A stretch of 64,000 nucleotides of DNA from a virus, in IMG/VR virus record IMGVR_UViG_3300030099_007267, positions 4,624 through 68,623 of that record, one strand, 5' to 3'. Position 1 is the stretch's first letter. Each line of letters opens with the position of its first letter. Shown in pieces: positions 16,337 to 23,920 of this stretch. The notes under the pieces were generated by a model. That model was not told the origin of the DNA and ran no database searches. It saw nothing but the letters and a program-made list of their open reading frames with translations. The position numbers and the translations under genes were made by a program.

Positions 16337-16606
16337 TCATTTGTTGTACTTTCGACGATTGGTCTTTCGAGACACAACCCGAGTGTTTTTGCGGCCATTC
16401 CCACCGCCTTTGCTCAGTGGTCTTCTGTGATCCACTTCCTGAGTGGTCTTCAGCTTCGGTAACCCTCTCCGCTTTCGTGCAGCATTTATCCTGGCACGAG
16501 CACCATTACGAGCAGTTCTATTTTTAATTTGCTTGGGCTTCCCGTGATACTGCTTGTATTCACGTTTGTAATTTCGTTTGCCTGTCTTCGGATCTTTGTA
16601 CGGCAT
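16337..16606 (-). CDS. small HNH endonuclease
   Basis: EVDHRRPLSKGG.N...N.RVVS...NR; GGAGG RBS before ATG 16606. Confidence 0.85.
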   Translation of the reverse strand: MPYKDPKTGKRNYKREYKQYHGKPKQIKNRTARNGARARINAARKRRGLPKLKTTQEVDHRRPLSKGGGNGRKNTRVVSRKTNRRKYNK

Positions 16607-16670
16607 ACTCCCTCCACAACCTACAATATACCACGACACCACACACCCTGCCCACCTTCCTTCACCCAAA

Positions 16671-16722
16671 GATAGTCCTCCTCCTCCTCTGTGCCTGTGC
16701 CATACCATACGTATGGTCTATC
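16671..16722. repeat. GAYAGTCC element A
   Basis: GATAGTCC(16671)...GGTCTATC(16715). Confidence 0.6.
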
Positions 16723-16779
16723 AATGTGTAAAGATTTTGCCGTTTTATTTGCACGTCGGCACCCATATGTAAAGGAAAT

Positions 16780-16898
16780 GACAGTCCTCCTCCTCAGTTG
16801 CAGCCCACGTCCGATACGTTCGGTCTATCAGGCCCGAGATCTCAGGTCTCGGTGCCCGACCTCACTATCATCCGTGGGCTGCTAGGAGGAGGACTATC
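16780..16898. repeat. GAYAGTCC element B (long stem-loop)
   Basis: GACAGTCCTCCTCCT/AGGAGGAGGACTATC and GCAGCCCACG/CGTGGGCTGC stems; internal GGTCTATC at 16822. Confidence 0.85.
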
Positions 16899-16973
16899 CT
16901 CTGTCAAGGGGGTATTTTAGGGACATTTCCTGATATCCCGAGATACAGGGGGCCATAGGGAAAAATTAAGAAT

Positions 16974-17026
16974 GACCAAATTGTGTCCGGTATTTATTTG
17001 GTCTTATATTGTCCATCTGATAAAAT
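16974..17026 (+). promoter_or_regulatory. promoter with two GGWCA-N5-TGWCC-type boxes
   Basis: TTGGTC(16998)-17-TAAAAT(17021); boxes at 16974 and 17000. Confidence 0.65.
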
Positions 17027-17080
17027 GAGTATGTACCTACGGGTTTCATAAGCCCTAACATCCAAGGAGGATATAAAATT

Positions 17081-18979
17081 ATGATTATTCAAAAACAAAA
17101 ACTCTCTCATGTCGAATTGTTCTCGGGCCTCGGTTCTGCTAGCATAGCTCTTAGAAGCGTTTCACCTCTATTTGAAACCGTCGCTTATAGTGAGATTTGC
17201 ACGAAAGCTGAAGCTGTTCGTGCTGTACTCGTTAAAGATGGCGCTCGCAATATTGGAGATCTGACAGATGACTCCAATTGGAGAGATGACAAACGATTGA
17301 AAGATATCGACCTTGTAACGGCTGGATTTCCTTGCCAAGACTTTTCAGGAATGAATAGCAAAGCTCTAGGATGGAATAGCCCTCGCACTCGCTTTGTAAC
17401 AAACGCATTACACAGATATGTTTCACACACTCAACCGAAATATATTGTGATGGAGAATGTTAAAAATCTATTTTGTTCAACCCATATAAAAGGAACAAAG
17501 AGCTTCCTTGACTCCTTCAGTGGATACAGTTGGAATCACGTATCCTTCAATCCTGCCGATTATGGATATATTCAGAGTCGCGGCCGTGTTTACATTCTTC
17601 TTTGTCGTAAAGATGTACCACAAGCTGAACTTGATTTAAATGCTATAGTTGGAATCAAACAACAAACCTTTTCCGATGTTATGGATAAGCGGACTCTGAA
17701 AGACGATGTAAAAGGTGAATATTACCATGTTAAAACACAGTCAAGAATTGAGAGCGCTAAGAAGAGCAATAGATATTGGCAATTAACGCCCCGATCGACA
17801 CGCATGCAAACTATGGGAAGACGATCGATCGACGCGCGCTGCAATCGTTTCAGTTGGGTAAAAGGCAATCCAGACCCTCGTTATTCGCATCGATCCTTAT
17901 CAGTGAAAGAAGCTCTTCGTATTCAAGGCCATTCAAAAATACCCTCTCGCTTATCTTCTGTAAAAGGGTTGAGCCGATCATCATGTTTCATGGCTATTGG
18001 TAACGCTTGGCATATTGGCGCGGCTGTTCAAGTATTGAAGCAACTACCAATTCAAGGATTGCTAGAATTCAAATTCAGACAGTGGGCAAGTAAGTTTATT
18101 CGATGGGATAAGGTTGAAGCTCTCGCACGTCGTAAGACAGCACAGAACATCCGTGCTAGATATCTGATTGAAGATCTTATGACTTCAGGAAGAAGCAGTA
18201 ACAGACGAGCTTTGTTCGCTACCTCATCGTACAAATTTGATAAGAAGGACGGTAAGAAGATCGAGACTCGAGGTGTTTACTTGGCCCCTGCTAAGAGAGC
18301 TAGCCGTCCTAGTGAAGGTATTATTATCAATAGCTGTCCTAACGCTGGAGAGTGTGCAAAAGAGAAGAACTGTTTAATTGGATCGGGAACTATGCCCTTT
18401 CATTCTGATACTCGACAAGCTAAGACACTCTTCTTTTATGGTTACCCTGCTGAATACCTCATTCAGATCATCAGAGAAATTGTTGAGTTTGCACGAAAAG
18501 CTCATAAACGTGGCGACGAGCTACAGGTTCGTTTAAATGGAACTTCAGATATCCAATGGGAGCGCTATCTATATATGGATATGTTAGTGGCTTCTGTAAT
18601 TGGTTTCATTGGCTTCTATGACTATACGAAGAACGGAGTCAATCGGCTATCTAGAATAGAGCAATCTTATCATCTAACATTTTCCGTTAGTGAGGATAAG
18701 AATACTATGAAGAACGCACTTGAATATCTTAAAGCGGGATTCTCAGTGTCAATTGTAACCATTCCAAATGAGCATGACGATATATTGAATTGGGGCCATC
18801 CTCGAGTCTTAGACGGCGAATTGAACGATCACCGACCACAAGATCCCCCCGGATCGGTCGTGTTACTTCCAGCCCGTGGAGAGTTGAGATCTCAAATTGG
18901 TAAAACAAAATTTGTAAAATCCAGATCTTGGGTTGCATGGTTCCTTACTATGGTAGATTCATGTCCAGAGCTAGCTTAG
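17081..18979 (+). CDS. C5-cytosine DNA methyltransferase fused to GP88-like Cys-triad domain
   Basis: N-half ELFSGLG, GFPCQD, MENV, QSRGRVY, IGNAW; C-half YLAPA, CPNAGECAKEKNC, VRLNGTSDI.WE, FYDYTK, YHLTFS; AAGGAGG RBS. Confidence 0.85.
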   Translation: MIIQKQKLSHVELFSGLGSASIALRSVSPLFETVAYSEICTKAEAVRAVLVKDGARNIGDLTDDSNWRDDKRLKDIDLVTAGFPCQDFSGMNSKALGWNSPRTRFVTNALHRYVSHTQPKYIVMENVKNLFCSTHIKGTKSFLDSFSGYSWNHVSFNPADYGYIQSRGRVYILLCRKDVPQAELDLNAIVGIKQQTFSDVMDKRTLKDDVKGEYYHVKTQSRIESAKKSNRYWQLTPRSTRMQTMGRRSIDARCNRFSWVKGNPDPRYSHRSLSVKEALRIQGHSKIPSRLSSVKGLSRSSCFMAIGNAWHIGAAVQVLKQLPIQGLLEFKFRQWASKFIRWDKVEALARRKTAQNIRARYLIEDLMTSGRSSNRRALFATSSYKFDKKDGKKIETRGVYLAPAKRASRPSEGIIINSCPNAGECAKEKNCLIGSGTMPFHSDTRQAKTLFFYGYPAEYLIQIIREIVEFARKAHKRGDELQVRLNGTSDIQWERYLYMDMLVASVIGFIGFYDYTKNGVNRLSRIEQSYHLTFSVSEDKNTMKNALEYLKAGFSVSIVTIPNEHDDILNWGHPRVLDGELNDHRPQDPPGSVVLLPARGELRSQIGKTKFVKSRSWVAWFLTMVDSCPELA

Positions 18980-19078
18980 AGAAGTGGCTTCTGATTATCT
19001 TCTTTATCTTATGGTTACTTGGTGCTATAAGTGAAGGATTGAAGCCCGACAAACCCTGTTAACGGTCTCGAGCGAGGC

Positions 19079-19109
19079 AAGGGGGGAGCTAAGCTCCCCC
19101 TCTTCTTTT
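19079..19109 (+). terminator. intrinsic terminator
   Basis: GGGGGAGCT-A-AGCTCCCCC followed by TCTTCTTTT. Confidence 0.7.
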
Positions 19110-19161
19110 GCGCCTCTCTTATATGGCATAGAACTCGGGGCCCGAGAACCGGACATAAAAT

Positions 19162-19283
19162 GACCTCGCACTATAAAGCCGAGTGTACCGGCCTTATCGG
19201 GGCAGGCCCCGATAGTCCAACCAGACCCAAGGCTGGTTGGGCCAGACACGAGCAACAAAGTGCGAGGTCTATCAGTATGATGT
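19162..19283. repeat. GAYAGTCC element C; direct repeat of element E
   Basis: GACCTCGCACT/AGTGCGAGGTC 11-bp stem enclosing GATAGTCC(19211); GGTCTATC at 19266. Confidence 0.85.
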
Positions 19284-19318
19284 ATGGTTGGGTACCTACC
19301 TACATACTCAAACAATCC

Positions 19319-19374
19319 GATAGTCCTTCTCCTTTGCTGAGGGCGCAGCCCTCACTTCCTGGAGAAGGACTATC
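19319..19374. repeat. GAYAGTCC element D
   Basis: GATAGTCCTTCTCC/GGAGAAGGACTATC 14-bp stem, inner TGAGGGC/GCCCTCA. Confidence 0.9.
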
Positions 19375-19412
19375 ACGGGCCATGGCCGTAGCTGGTTCTC
19401 CGAGAAAGTCAA

Positions 19413-19466
19413 GACCAAAAACTGTCCGGTTCTGTCGGTGATATCTAGGTCGTCCTATGGTATAAT
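19413..19466 (+). promoter_or_regulatory. promoter with upstream box
   Basis: Box 19413-19427; GTGATA(19438)-17-TATAAT(19461) with TG extension. Confidence 0.75.
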
Positions 19467-19515
19467 AGAGATATCAACTAACGGGCCGCCAGCCCTACTA
19501 CACGGAGGTGTAACT

Positions 19516-19785
19516 ATGGCAATGACTAAAACACAACAAGCTCTAGAGGCTTTATTTTTGAAACTTCAGGATCATGACGATGTAATTGATCTGAACAATA
19601 TCTATATCCACTTTCCAGATCACTTTATCAGTCTGCTCTCCTGTTTGGAAATCGTTTCAAATCGTCTCGCTTGGACATACTGCTCACAATATGACGAGAA
19701 TGGTTATATTGTCGATCTTGAATACAAGAGAGATGAGATTTTGAACATCCTTGTCAGTGATGATTTTACCATTCAGAGCCACTAA
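19516..19785 (+). CDS. small acidic putative early protein
   Basis: GGAGGTG RBS; start MAMTK. Confidence 0.75.
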   Translation: MAMTKTQQALEALFLKLQDHDDVIDLNNIYIHFPDHFISLLSCLEIVSNRLAWTYCSQYDENGYIVDLEYKRDEILNILVSDDFTIQSH

Positions 19786-19797
19786 GGAGGTGTAACT

Positions 19798-20136
19798 ATG
19801 GCAATGACAACAGAACAAATCATGGCAACGATAGAACAAATCAAAGATCAGGTTCTAAAGCTAGGCTCATATGATTTTGAGCAAAATCTTGTATCTCATG
19901 CTGATCAATTATCGGAACTTATTTTTCACTGCGAAGAGCTTCAGAACAGCTTCCACCCTGATGATGACGAGTATGAAACACTCGATATTTATATCGGTGA
20001 TATATTGCAGCCGATTCTGGATAAGCTGGAAAAAGACCAAGAAGAATATCTATCTGATGAGTACATCAAAAAGCAAAAAGTTGCTCTTGAAGCAGGAAGA
20101 ATTTGGTTTCAAAAACTTATTGGAGGTGAGCAATGA
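19798..20136 (+). CDS. small acidic putative early protein
   Basis: Same 23-nt RBS/start block as previous gene. Confidence 0.8.
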   Translation: MAMTTEQIMATIEQIKDQVLKLGSYDFEQNLVSHADQLSELIFHCEELQNSFHPDDDEYETLDIYIGDILQPILDKLEKDQEEYLSDEYIKKQKVALEAGRIWFQKLIGGEQ

Positions 20137-20315
20137 GAACATATGTATATATCAAAGTAAAACTTTACCTTAAAGAGGGGCAGACAGAAGACTCAATTCA
20201 AGATATCGTTCAAGAGATGGATTATGATTTTGATCACGATGAAATTGTTGATACCGAGATTAAGGATATCATAGATTATGATATCCCTGAATCCTCTAAC
20301 AAAGGAGGTGAGTAA
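20133..20315 (+). CDS. 60-aa acidic putative early protein
   Basis: GGAGGTGAGCAATGA junction; IVQEMDYDF motif. Confidence 0.8.
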   Translation: MRTYVYIKVKLYLKEGQTEDSIQDIVQEMDYDFDHDEIVDTEIKDIIDYDIPESSNKGGE

Positions 20316-20482
20316 TGACTGTTTGTTTAGTGTGCGGAAGCTCTGATGTACTTATCAAAGCATGGGTCAATCCGAATGATGACAAAGCCGAACCCATCCC
20401 ACTCCCGTGGGACACAGACGCTTGGTGTAACATCTGCGATTGTATCGTCGATCTCAAAGAAGAAGAAGGAGGTAAGCAATGA
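20315..20482 (+). CDS. 55-aa Zn-ribbon protein (not in ORF track)
   Basis: MTVCLVCGSSDV..AWVNPN...AWCNICD...GGKQ*. Confidence 0.75.
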   Translation: MTVCLVCGSSDVLIKAWVNPNDDKAEPIPLPWDTDAWCNICDCIVDLKEEEGGKQ

Positions 20483-20886
20483 GAACCGTTAAAACCTTGC
20501 GCAAAGGGAGCTTCGTTCGGAAGTTCCTCGAGGAGTTTGTGAAGAATCATGAGAAGTACAGAGGGGCTTATTTTTGGCGACCACCGTCTACAGCTTCACA
20601 ACGCCGTAGAATGGAATTCGATCACTGCACCGTTTTTAAGTATCAAGGCGACGTGTACGAGCTTGAACAGAGCTTGGAGTGCTCTTGTAAAAATGTTTAT
20701 TGGACCAGTAGAGTCTTTGTCAATGAGAAGAAGAAGGATATCCGAGTCATCCATAAACTTATTGGTAGCAAAAAACCACCGATGTGGTCAGATGAACTTC
20801 TACCAACCCTAGACACTCCTGAAGAATTTACCGAGAAGTCTTTAGCGCATTTGGAGAGTTTGATAAACAAAGGAGGTGAGCAATGA
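20479..20886 (+). CDS. putative early protein
   Basis: GGAGG RBS, ATGA coupling. Confidence 0.8.
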   Translation: MRTVKTLRKGSFVRKFLEEFVKNHEKYRGAYFWRPPSTASQRRRMEFDHCTVFKYQGDVYELEQSLECSCKNVYWTSRVFVNEKKKDIRVIHKLIGSKKPPMWSDELLPTLDTPEEFTEKSLAHLESLINKGGEQ

Positions 20887-21182
20887 GAGTTAGAGTAAAA
20901 TGGAATTTGACGAATTGTAAATGGTCTGTGTGTGATTGCGAGGGTGTTACCCCTCCGTACCACACTGATTCGATTGTGCTGTTGAATTGTAAGCTACATC
21001 ATCCGTTTGGCCATATCGAGGGCGATGTGTCCACAGGTTCAACACGCTACCAATCTGAATGTATAACCCCTATTGGATTTGTGAATGATAAAAACGAGAT
21101 ACGCTTTGACGCTGAGTGTGTCTTCCTTACTTCATATGAGGGATCCCCCTCAGCCTATGCGAGTGTAACAGAGGACGCTTAG
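20883..21182 (+). CDS. putative early protein
   Basis: GGAGG RBS, ATGA coupling; VRVKWNL...WSV N-terminus. Confidence 0.75.
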   Translation: MRVRVKWNLTNCKWSVCDCEGVTPPYHTDSIVLLNCKLHHPFGHIEGDVSTGSTRYQSECITPIGFVNDKNEIRFDAECVFLTSYEGSPSAYASVTEDA

Positions 21183-21203
21183 AACGTCCCTCACGCCCCT
21201 TGT

Positions 21204-21227
21204 AAGCCCTCTTCGGAGGGCTTTTTT
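21204..21227 (+). terminator. intrinsic terminator
   Basis: AAGCCCTC-TTCG-GAGGGCTT-TTTT. Confidence 0.9.
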
Positions 21228-21229
21228 GT

Positions 21230-21336
21230 ACCTCGCACTGTACGCTCACGGCAGGTCCCAGGCCGATAGTCCAACCAGACCTTGGGCTGGTGGACCAGAC
21301 ACGAGCAACGCAGTGCGAGGTCTATCAGTATGATGC
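21230..21336. repeat. GAYAGTCC element E; direct repeat of element C
   Basis: ACCTCGCACTG/CAGTGCGAGGT stem; GATAGTCC 21265, GGTCTATC 21319. Confidence 0.85.
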
Positions 21337-21367
21337 CCCTGGCTCATCAAAGCAAACTCAGACAAAC

Positions 21368-21509
21368 GATAGTCCTCCTCCTAATGCGCCCTGCCGGGGG
21401 GCCTGCTTCAACTGGACTGTCACGGGCCGTAGGCCCTGGCCGTCTTCATTAGGAGGAGGACAGAATCTGACCTCAGTAAGTCAAGGTCAGAATTTGTCCT
21501 ATGTGTTAG
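21368..21509. repeat. GAYAGTCC element F plus twin boxes
   Basis: GTCCTCCTCCTAATG/CATTAGGAGGAGGAC 15-bp stem; GGACTGTC 21414; boxes 21458 and 21485. Confidence 0.85.
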
Positions 21510-21769
21510 GCTTCTTCGGATTCTTCTTCGTCAGCATAAGCGGACTCGATTCTCTCTGAACACTGAGTACAATAGAGATCGGGCGTTTCCCAATTGATAG
21601 CTGGGGTAAGCTCCTCGTTACCTAACCATTCGCAATCGTCCTCATGAGCCTCCGACTCTACGTCAGATTCGATGTTCTCATTAACGCAGTTAGTACAAAA
21701 CGCCTCACCTTGCCAAACGATGAATTGAGGGTAGCAACCGATAGAACAGTAGCGTTCAAACTTTCTCAT
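21506..21769 (-). CDS. small Zn-binding putative early protein
   Basis: GCYP..CTNC...INWE..LYCTQC..IESAY; start at MRKF (ATGA overlap). Confidence 0.75.
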   Translation of the reverse strand: MRKFERYCSIGCYPQFIVWQGEAFCTNCVNENIESDVESEAHEDDCEWLGNEELTPAINWETPDLYCTQCSERIESAYADEEESEEA

Positions 21770-22077
21770 GCCGCCCCCTTGATCATACAGATAGCTTTGC
21801 ACAAGCTATCTAGATCCGGATCAGCTTCGACCTCTCCAAAGGGGTCGTGGCTAGTCCAAGTCCAAACATGACGACCACCGTAGGTGACGTAAAACCCTTC
21901 TATATTGTTCCCTTGACTTCCCCATTTTAATCTAAGAATGTCGTCACGATAGAATTCGATATAGAGGACTCGCCCATGACATACAGTTTGTTGTTGGACG
22001 AATTTGAATCCAGTAGCTTTTGCAGTGCTACTGAACGTATCGATGATACTTTCGTAAATTCCAAATTCGAAGTTCAT
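21766..22077 (-). CDS. putative early protein
   Basis: GGAGG/AAGGA RBS, ATGA coupling. Confidence 0.75.
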   Translation of the reverse strand: MNFEFGIYESIIDTFSSTAKATGFKFVQQQTVCHGRVLYIEFYRDDILRLKWGSQGNNIEGFYVTYGGRHVWTWTSHDPFGEVEADPDLDSLCKAICMIKGAA

Positions 22078-22259
22078 GCTTCCTTCTCCGCTTCTTTGAA
22101 TACATCAATCTCAGTTAGTTGATCTTTCATGTTCTCGATTTTCACAGCTAAAGCCTTCATTCCGATCTCATTTAAATACTTTGTAGCTTCTTCTAATTGT
22201 TCAGAGGCAATAAAAATGCATTCCTCTGTTGCCATCATTGCATGCTTAACATATGCCAT
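22074..22259 (-). CDS. small helical putative early protein
   Basis: GGAG RBS before ATG 22259 (MAYVKH). Confidence 0.7.
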   Translation of the reverse strand: MAYVKHAMMATEECIFIASEQLEEATKYLNEIGMKALAVKIENMKDQLTEIDVFKEAEKEA

Positions 22260-22275
22260 GGTCTTTACTCCGTTA

Positions 22276-22413
22276 GTTAGTTGATTTTGAACAGAGCTTC
22301 CCATAGAGGCCCTATGCCCCTCGGTCCGCCCTGCAATGTTCTGTGCTTTACTCATACCTATATTTTATCTGATATCAGGCACAATTGAAAGTCAGAATAT
22401 GTCCGGAAAAATA
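22276..22413 (-). repeat. 138-bp promoter/leader repeat, copy 1
   Basis: 6 differences from 23278-23415; contains box, TTTCAA-17-TAAAAT and about 100-nt leader. Confidence 0.95.
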
Positions 22414-22502
22414 TCTCGCTAGGGCCGGCCCTACCGGAGACATAGAGCGACCATATTCTGTCCTTGACACGAGAAAGAGCTTGATATCATCGGCCCGAGG
22501 CC

Positions 22503-22636
22503 GATAGTCCTTTCAAAGGTGGGCCGGCAGGCCCGGCCTATTCTGTATTGGACTGTCACGGGCCAGCGTGACCCACCTTTAAAAGGACAGAATCTGACCC
22601 TGAAAAGTCAAGGTCAGAATTTGTCCTATGTGTTAG
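22503..22636. repeat. GAYAGTCC element G plus twin boxes
   Basis: GTCCTTTCAAAGGTGGG/CCCACCTTTAAAAGGAC stem (16/17); GGACTGTC 22550; boxes 22585 and 22612. Confidence 0.85.
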
Positions 22637-22959
22637 CTGTAGTACTCTAACATGTGATCGTTACTGCAGACAGGAACTGTAGTCCACCCAGCCTCATCGA
22701 TGTTAAACTCCCAGCCTCCATTTGTCATGGAGGTAACGCGCTCCGCTATGAGTGGCAGCAAGCACCACCAATCAACGTCTTTGAACTCCTTACGGATAGC
22801 TTCTTCATCGAAGCTATCCATTCCCACACGTGATTCAATCAGTAGTTCCATAGCTACCACTCGACAAAGACACCCGCGCTCCTCGGCCTTCTCCATCACG
22901 TACGCATCAAGAGAAGGAAGAATCAAATCCTTATATTCTTGTGATACTTCCCAACTCAT
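22633..22959 (-). CDS. acidic putative early protein
   Basis: 108-aa ORF, ATGA coupling. Confidence 0.7.
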   Translation of the reverse strand: MSWEVSQEYKDLILPSLDAYVMEKAEERGCLCRVVAMELLIESRVGMDSFDEEAIRKEFKDVDWWCLLPLIAERVTSMTNGGWEFNIDEAGWTTVPVCSNDHMLEYYS

Positions 22960-23258
22960 GGCTTCACCAAGCAGCCGCTATTATTCGCAAGCTCACGACT
23001 GGATTGACATGTGTTTTTATAGACCAGTTTAGCTAGCCTCGACGATATCTCATCAAGATTGTTTTTAACTTCCTCGATATCTCTTGTAGCATCGTTAACG
23101 CATTGACAAAACCCTTCATGAGGGTCGCTTGTTGTGTCAGCCATTGCGATCCATGCGAGGATCCAAGACACGGTTTCAATCTGGCCAGCTAGGCCTTCTA
23201 AGGTTGCAATTGCCGCTTCGACCTTCGCGAGGTCGTCTTTGAAAGTACGTACTTTCAT
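22956..23258 (-). CDS. coiled-coil putative early protein
   Basis: AGGAG RBS before ATG 23258 (MKVRTF). Confidence 0.7.
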   Translation of the reverse strand: MKVRTFKDDLAKVEAAIATLEGLAGQIETVSWILAWIAMADTTSDPHEGFCQCVNDATRDIEEVKNNLDEISSRLAKLVYKNTCQSSRELANNSGCLVKP

Positions 23259-23277
23259 GGTGTAACTCCTGTTACTT

Positions 23278-23415
23278 GTTAGTTGATTTTGAACAGAGCT
23301 TTCCATAGAGGCCCCATGCCCCTCGGTCCGCCCTGCAATGTGCTTTGCTTTACTCATACCTATATTGTATCCGATATCAGGCACAATTGAAAGTCAGAAT
23401 ATGTCCGGAAAAATA
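23278..23415 (-). repeat. 138-bp promoter/leader repeat, copy 2
   Basis: See copy 1; -10 is TACAAT. Confidence 0.95.
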
Positions 23416-23477
23416 GCCCTACACCCTCGGCCCTATGGAGAGAATAGAGCGGTCACATTATGTCCTTGACAACAAAA

Positions 23478-23539
23478 GATAGTCCCATTTGGCGGCCGCA
23501 GCACACACTGTTGTGCTGTTGGGACCAAATGGGACTATC
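23478..23539. repeat. GAYAGTCC element H
   Basis: GATAGTCCCATTTGG/CCAAATGGGACTATC perfect 15-bp stem; inner CAGCAC/GTGCTG. Confidence 0.9.
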
Positions 23540-23549
23540 GGAGATGGGC

Positions 23550-23575
23550 AAAATAAAAGCCCTCCGGAGAGGGCT
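23550..23575 (-). terminator. intrinsic terminator
   Basis: AGCCCTC-4 nt-GAGGGCT followed by TTTATTTT on the minus strand. Confidence 0.8.
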
Positions 23576-23617
23576 AGGATTACATAGCGAGGACGAGCTT
23601 ATGGAGTAGACTAGGGA

Positions 23618-23872
23618 TCATGGCGACACCGCCTTATGGGCCCAACGTCGAGCACATCCAACATGATGTGAAGTAGTCATAGAATAAAAGTTGTCTGGAC
23701 TAGTGTAATCCAAAACGATTTTTTTTCCTTCTTCGGTGTAGCCAATCAGAAGGTCATAAGACCATAGCTTCTCACCATCTGTGTGAAAGGTGATATCACC
23801 TCTTTTGTTTTTTCCTGTCTTAGCTTTGATACCGTTGTACCAAGCCAGAGCGACTTGTTTTTTAGTAGCCAT
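23618..23872 (-). CDS. putative early protein (YSxTTSxH type)
   Basis: GGAGGTG RBS before ATG 23872; LWSY..LIG...FYSMTTSHH. Confidence 0.8.
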   Translation of the reverse strand: MATKKQVALAWYNGIKAKTGKNKRGDITFHTDGEKLWSYDLLIGYTEEGKKIVLDYTSPDNFYSMTTSHHVGCARRWAHKAVSP

Positions 23873-23920
23873 TGTTTCACCTCCGTGAAGTAGGCTGGCC
23901 AGCCTGTTAGTTGATAAGGT

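Noticed and set aside
19025-19441. ORFs 19025..19315(-), 19160..19441(+) and 21290..21559(+)
   Set aside because: They run through GC-rich hairpin spacers, lack RBSs and look like chance frames.
21368-22640. Integron attC sites (minus-strand GCCTAAC/AGCTAAC overlapping stop codons)
   Set aside because: No complementary GTTRRRY closes the hairpins, cassettes have their own promoters, and no tyrosine recombinase is seen.
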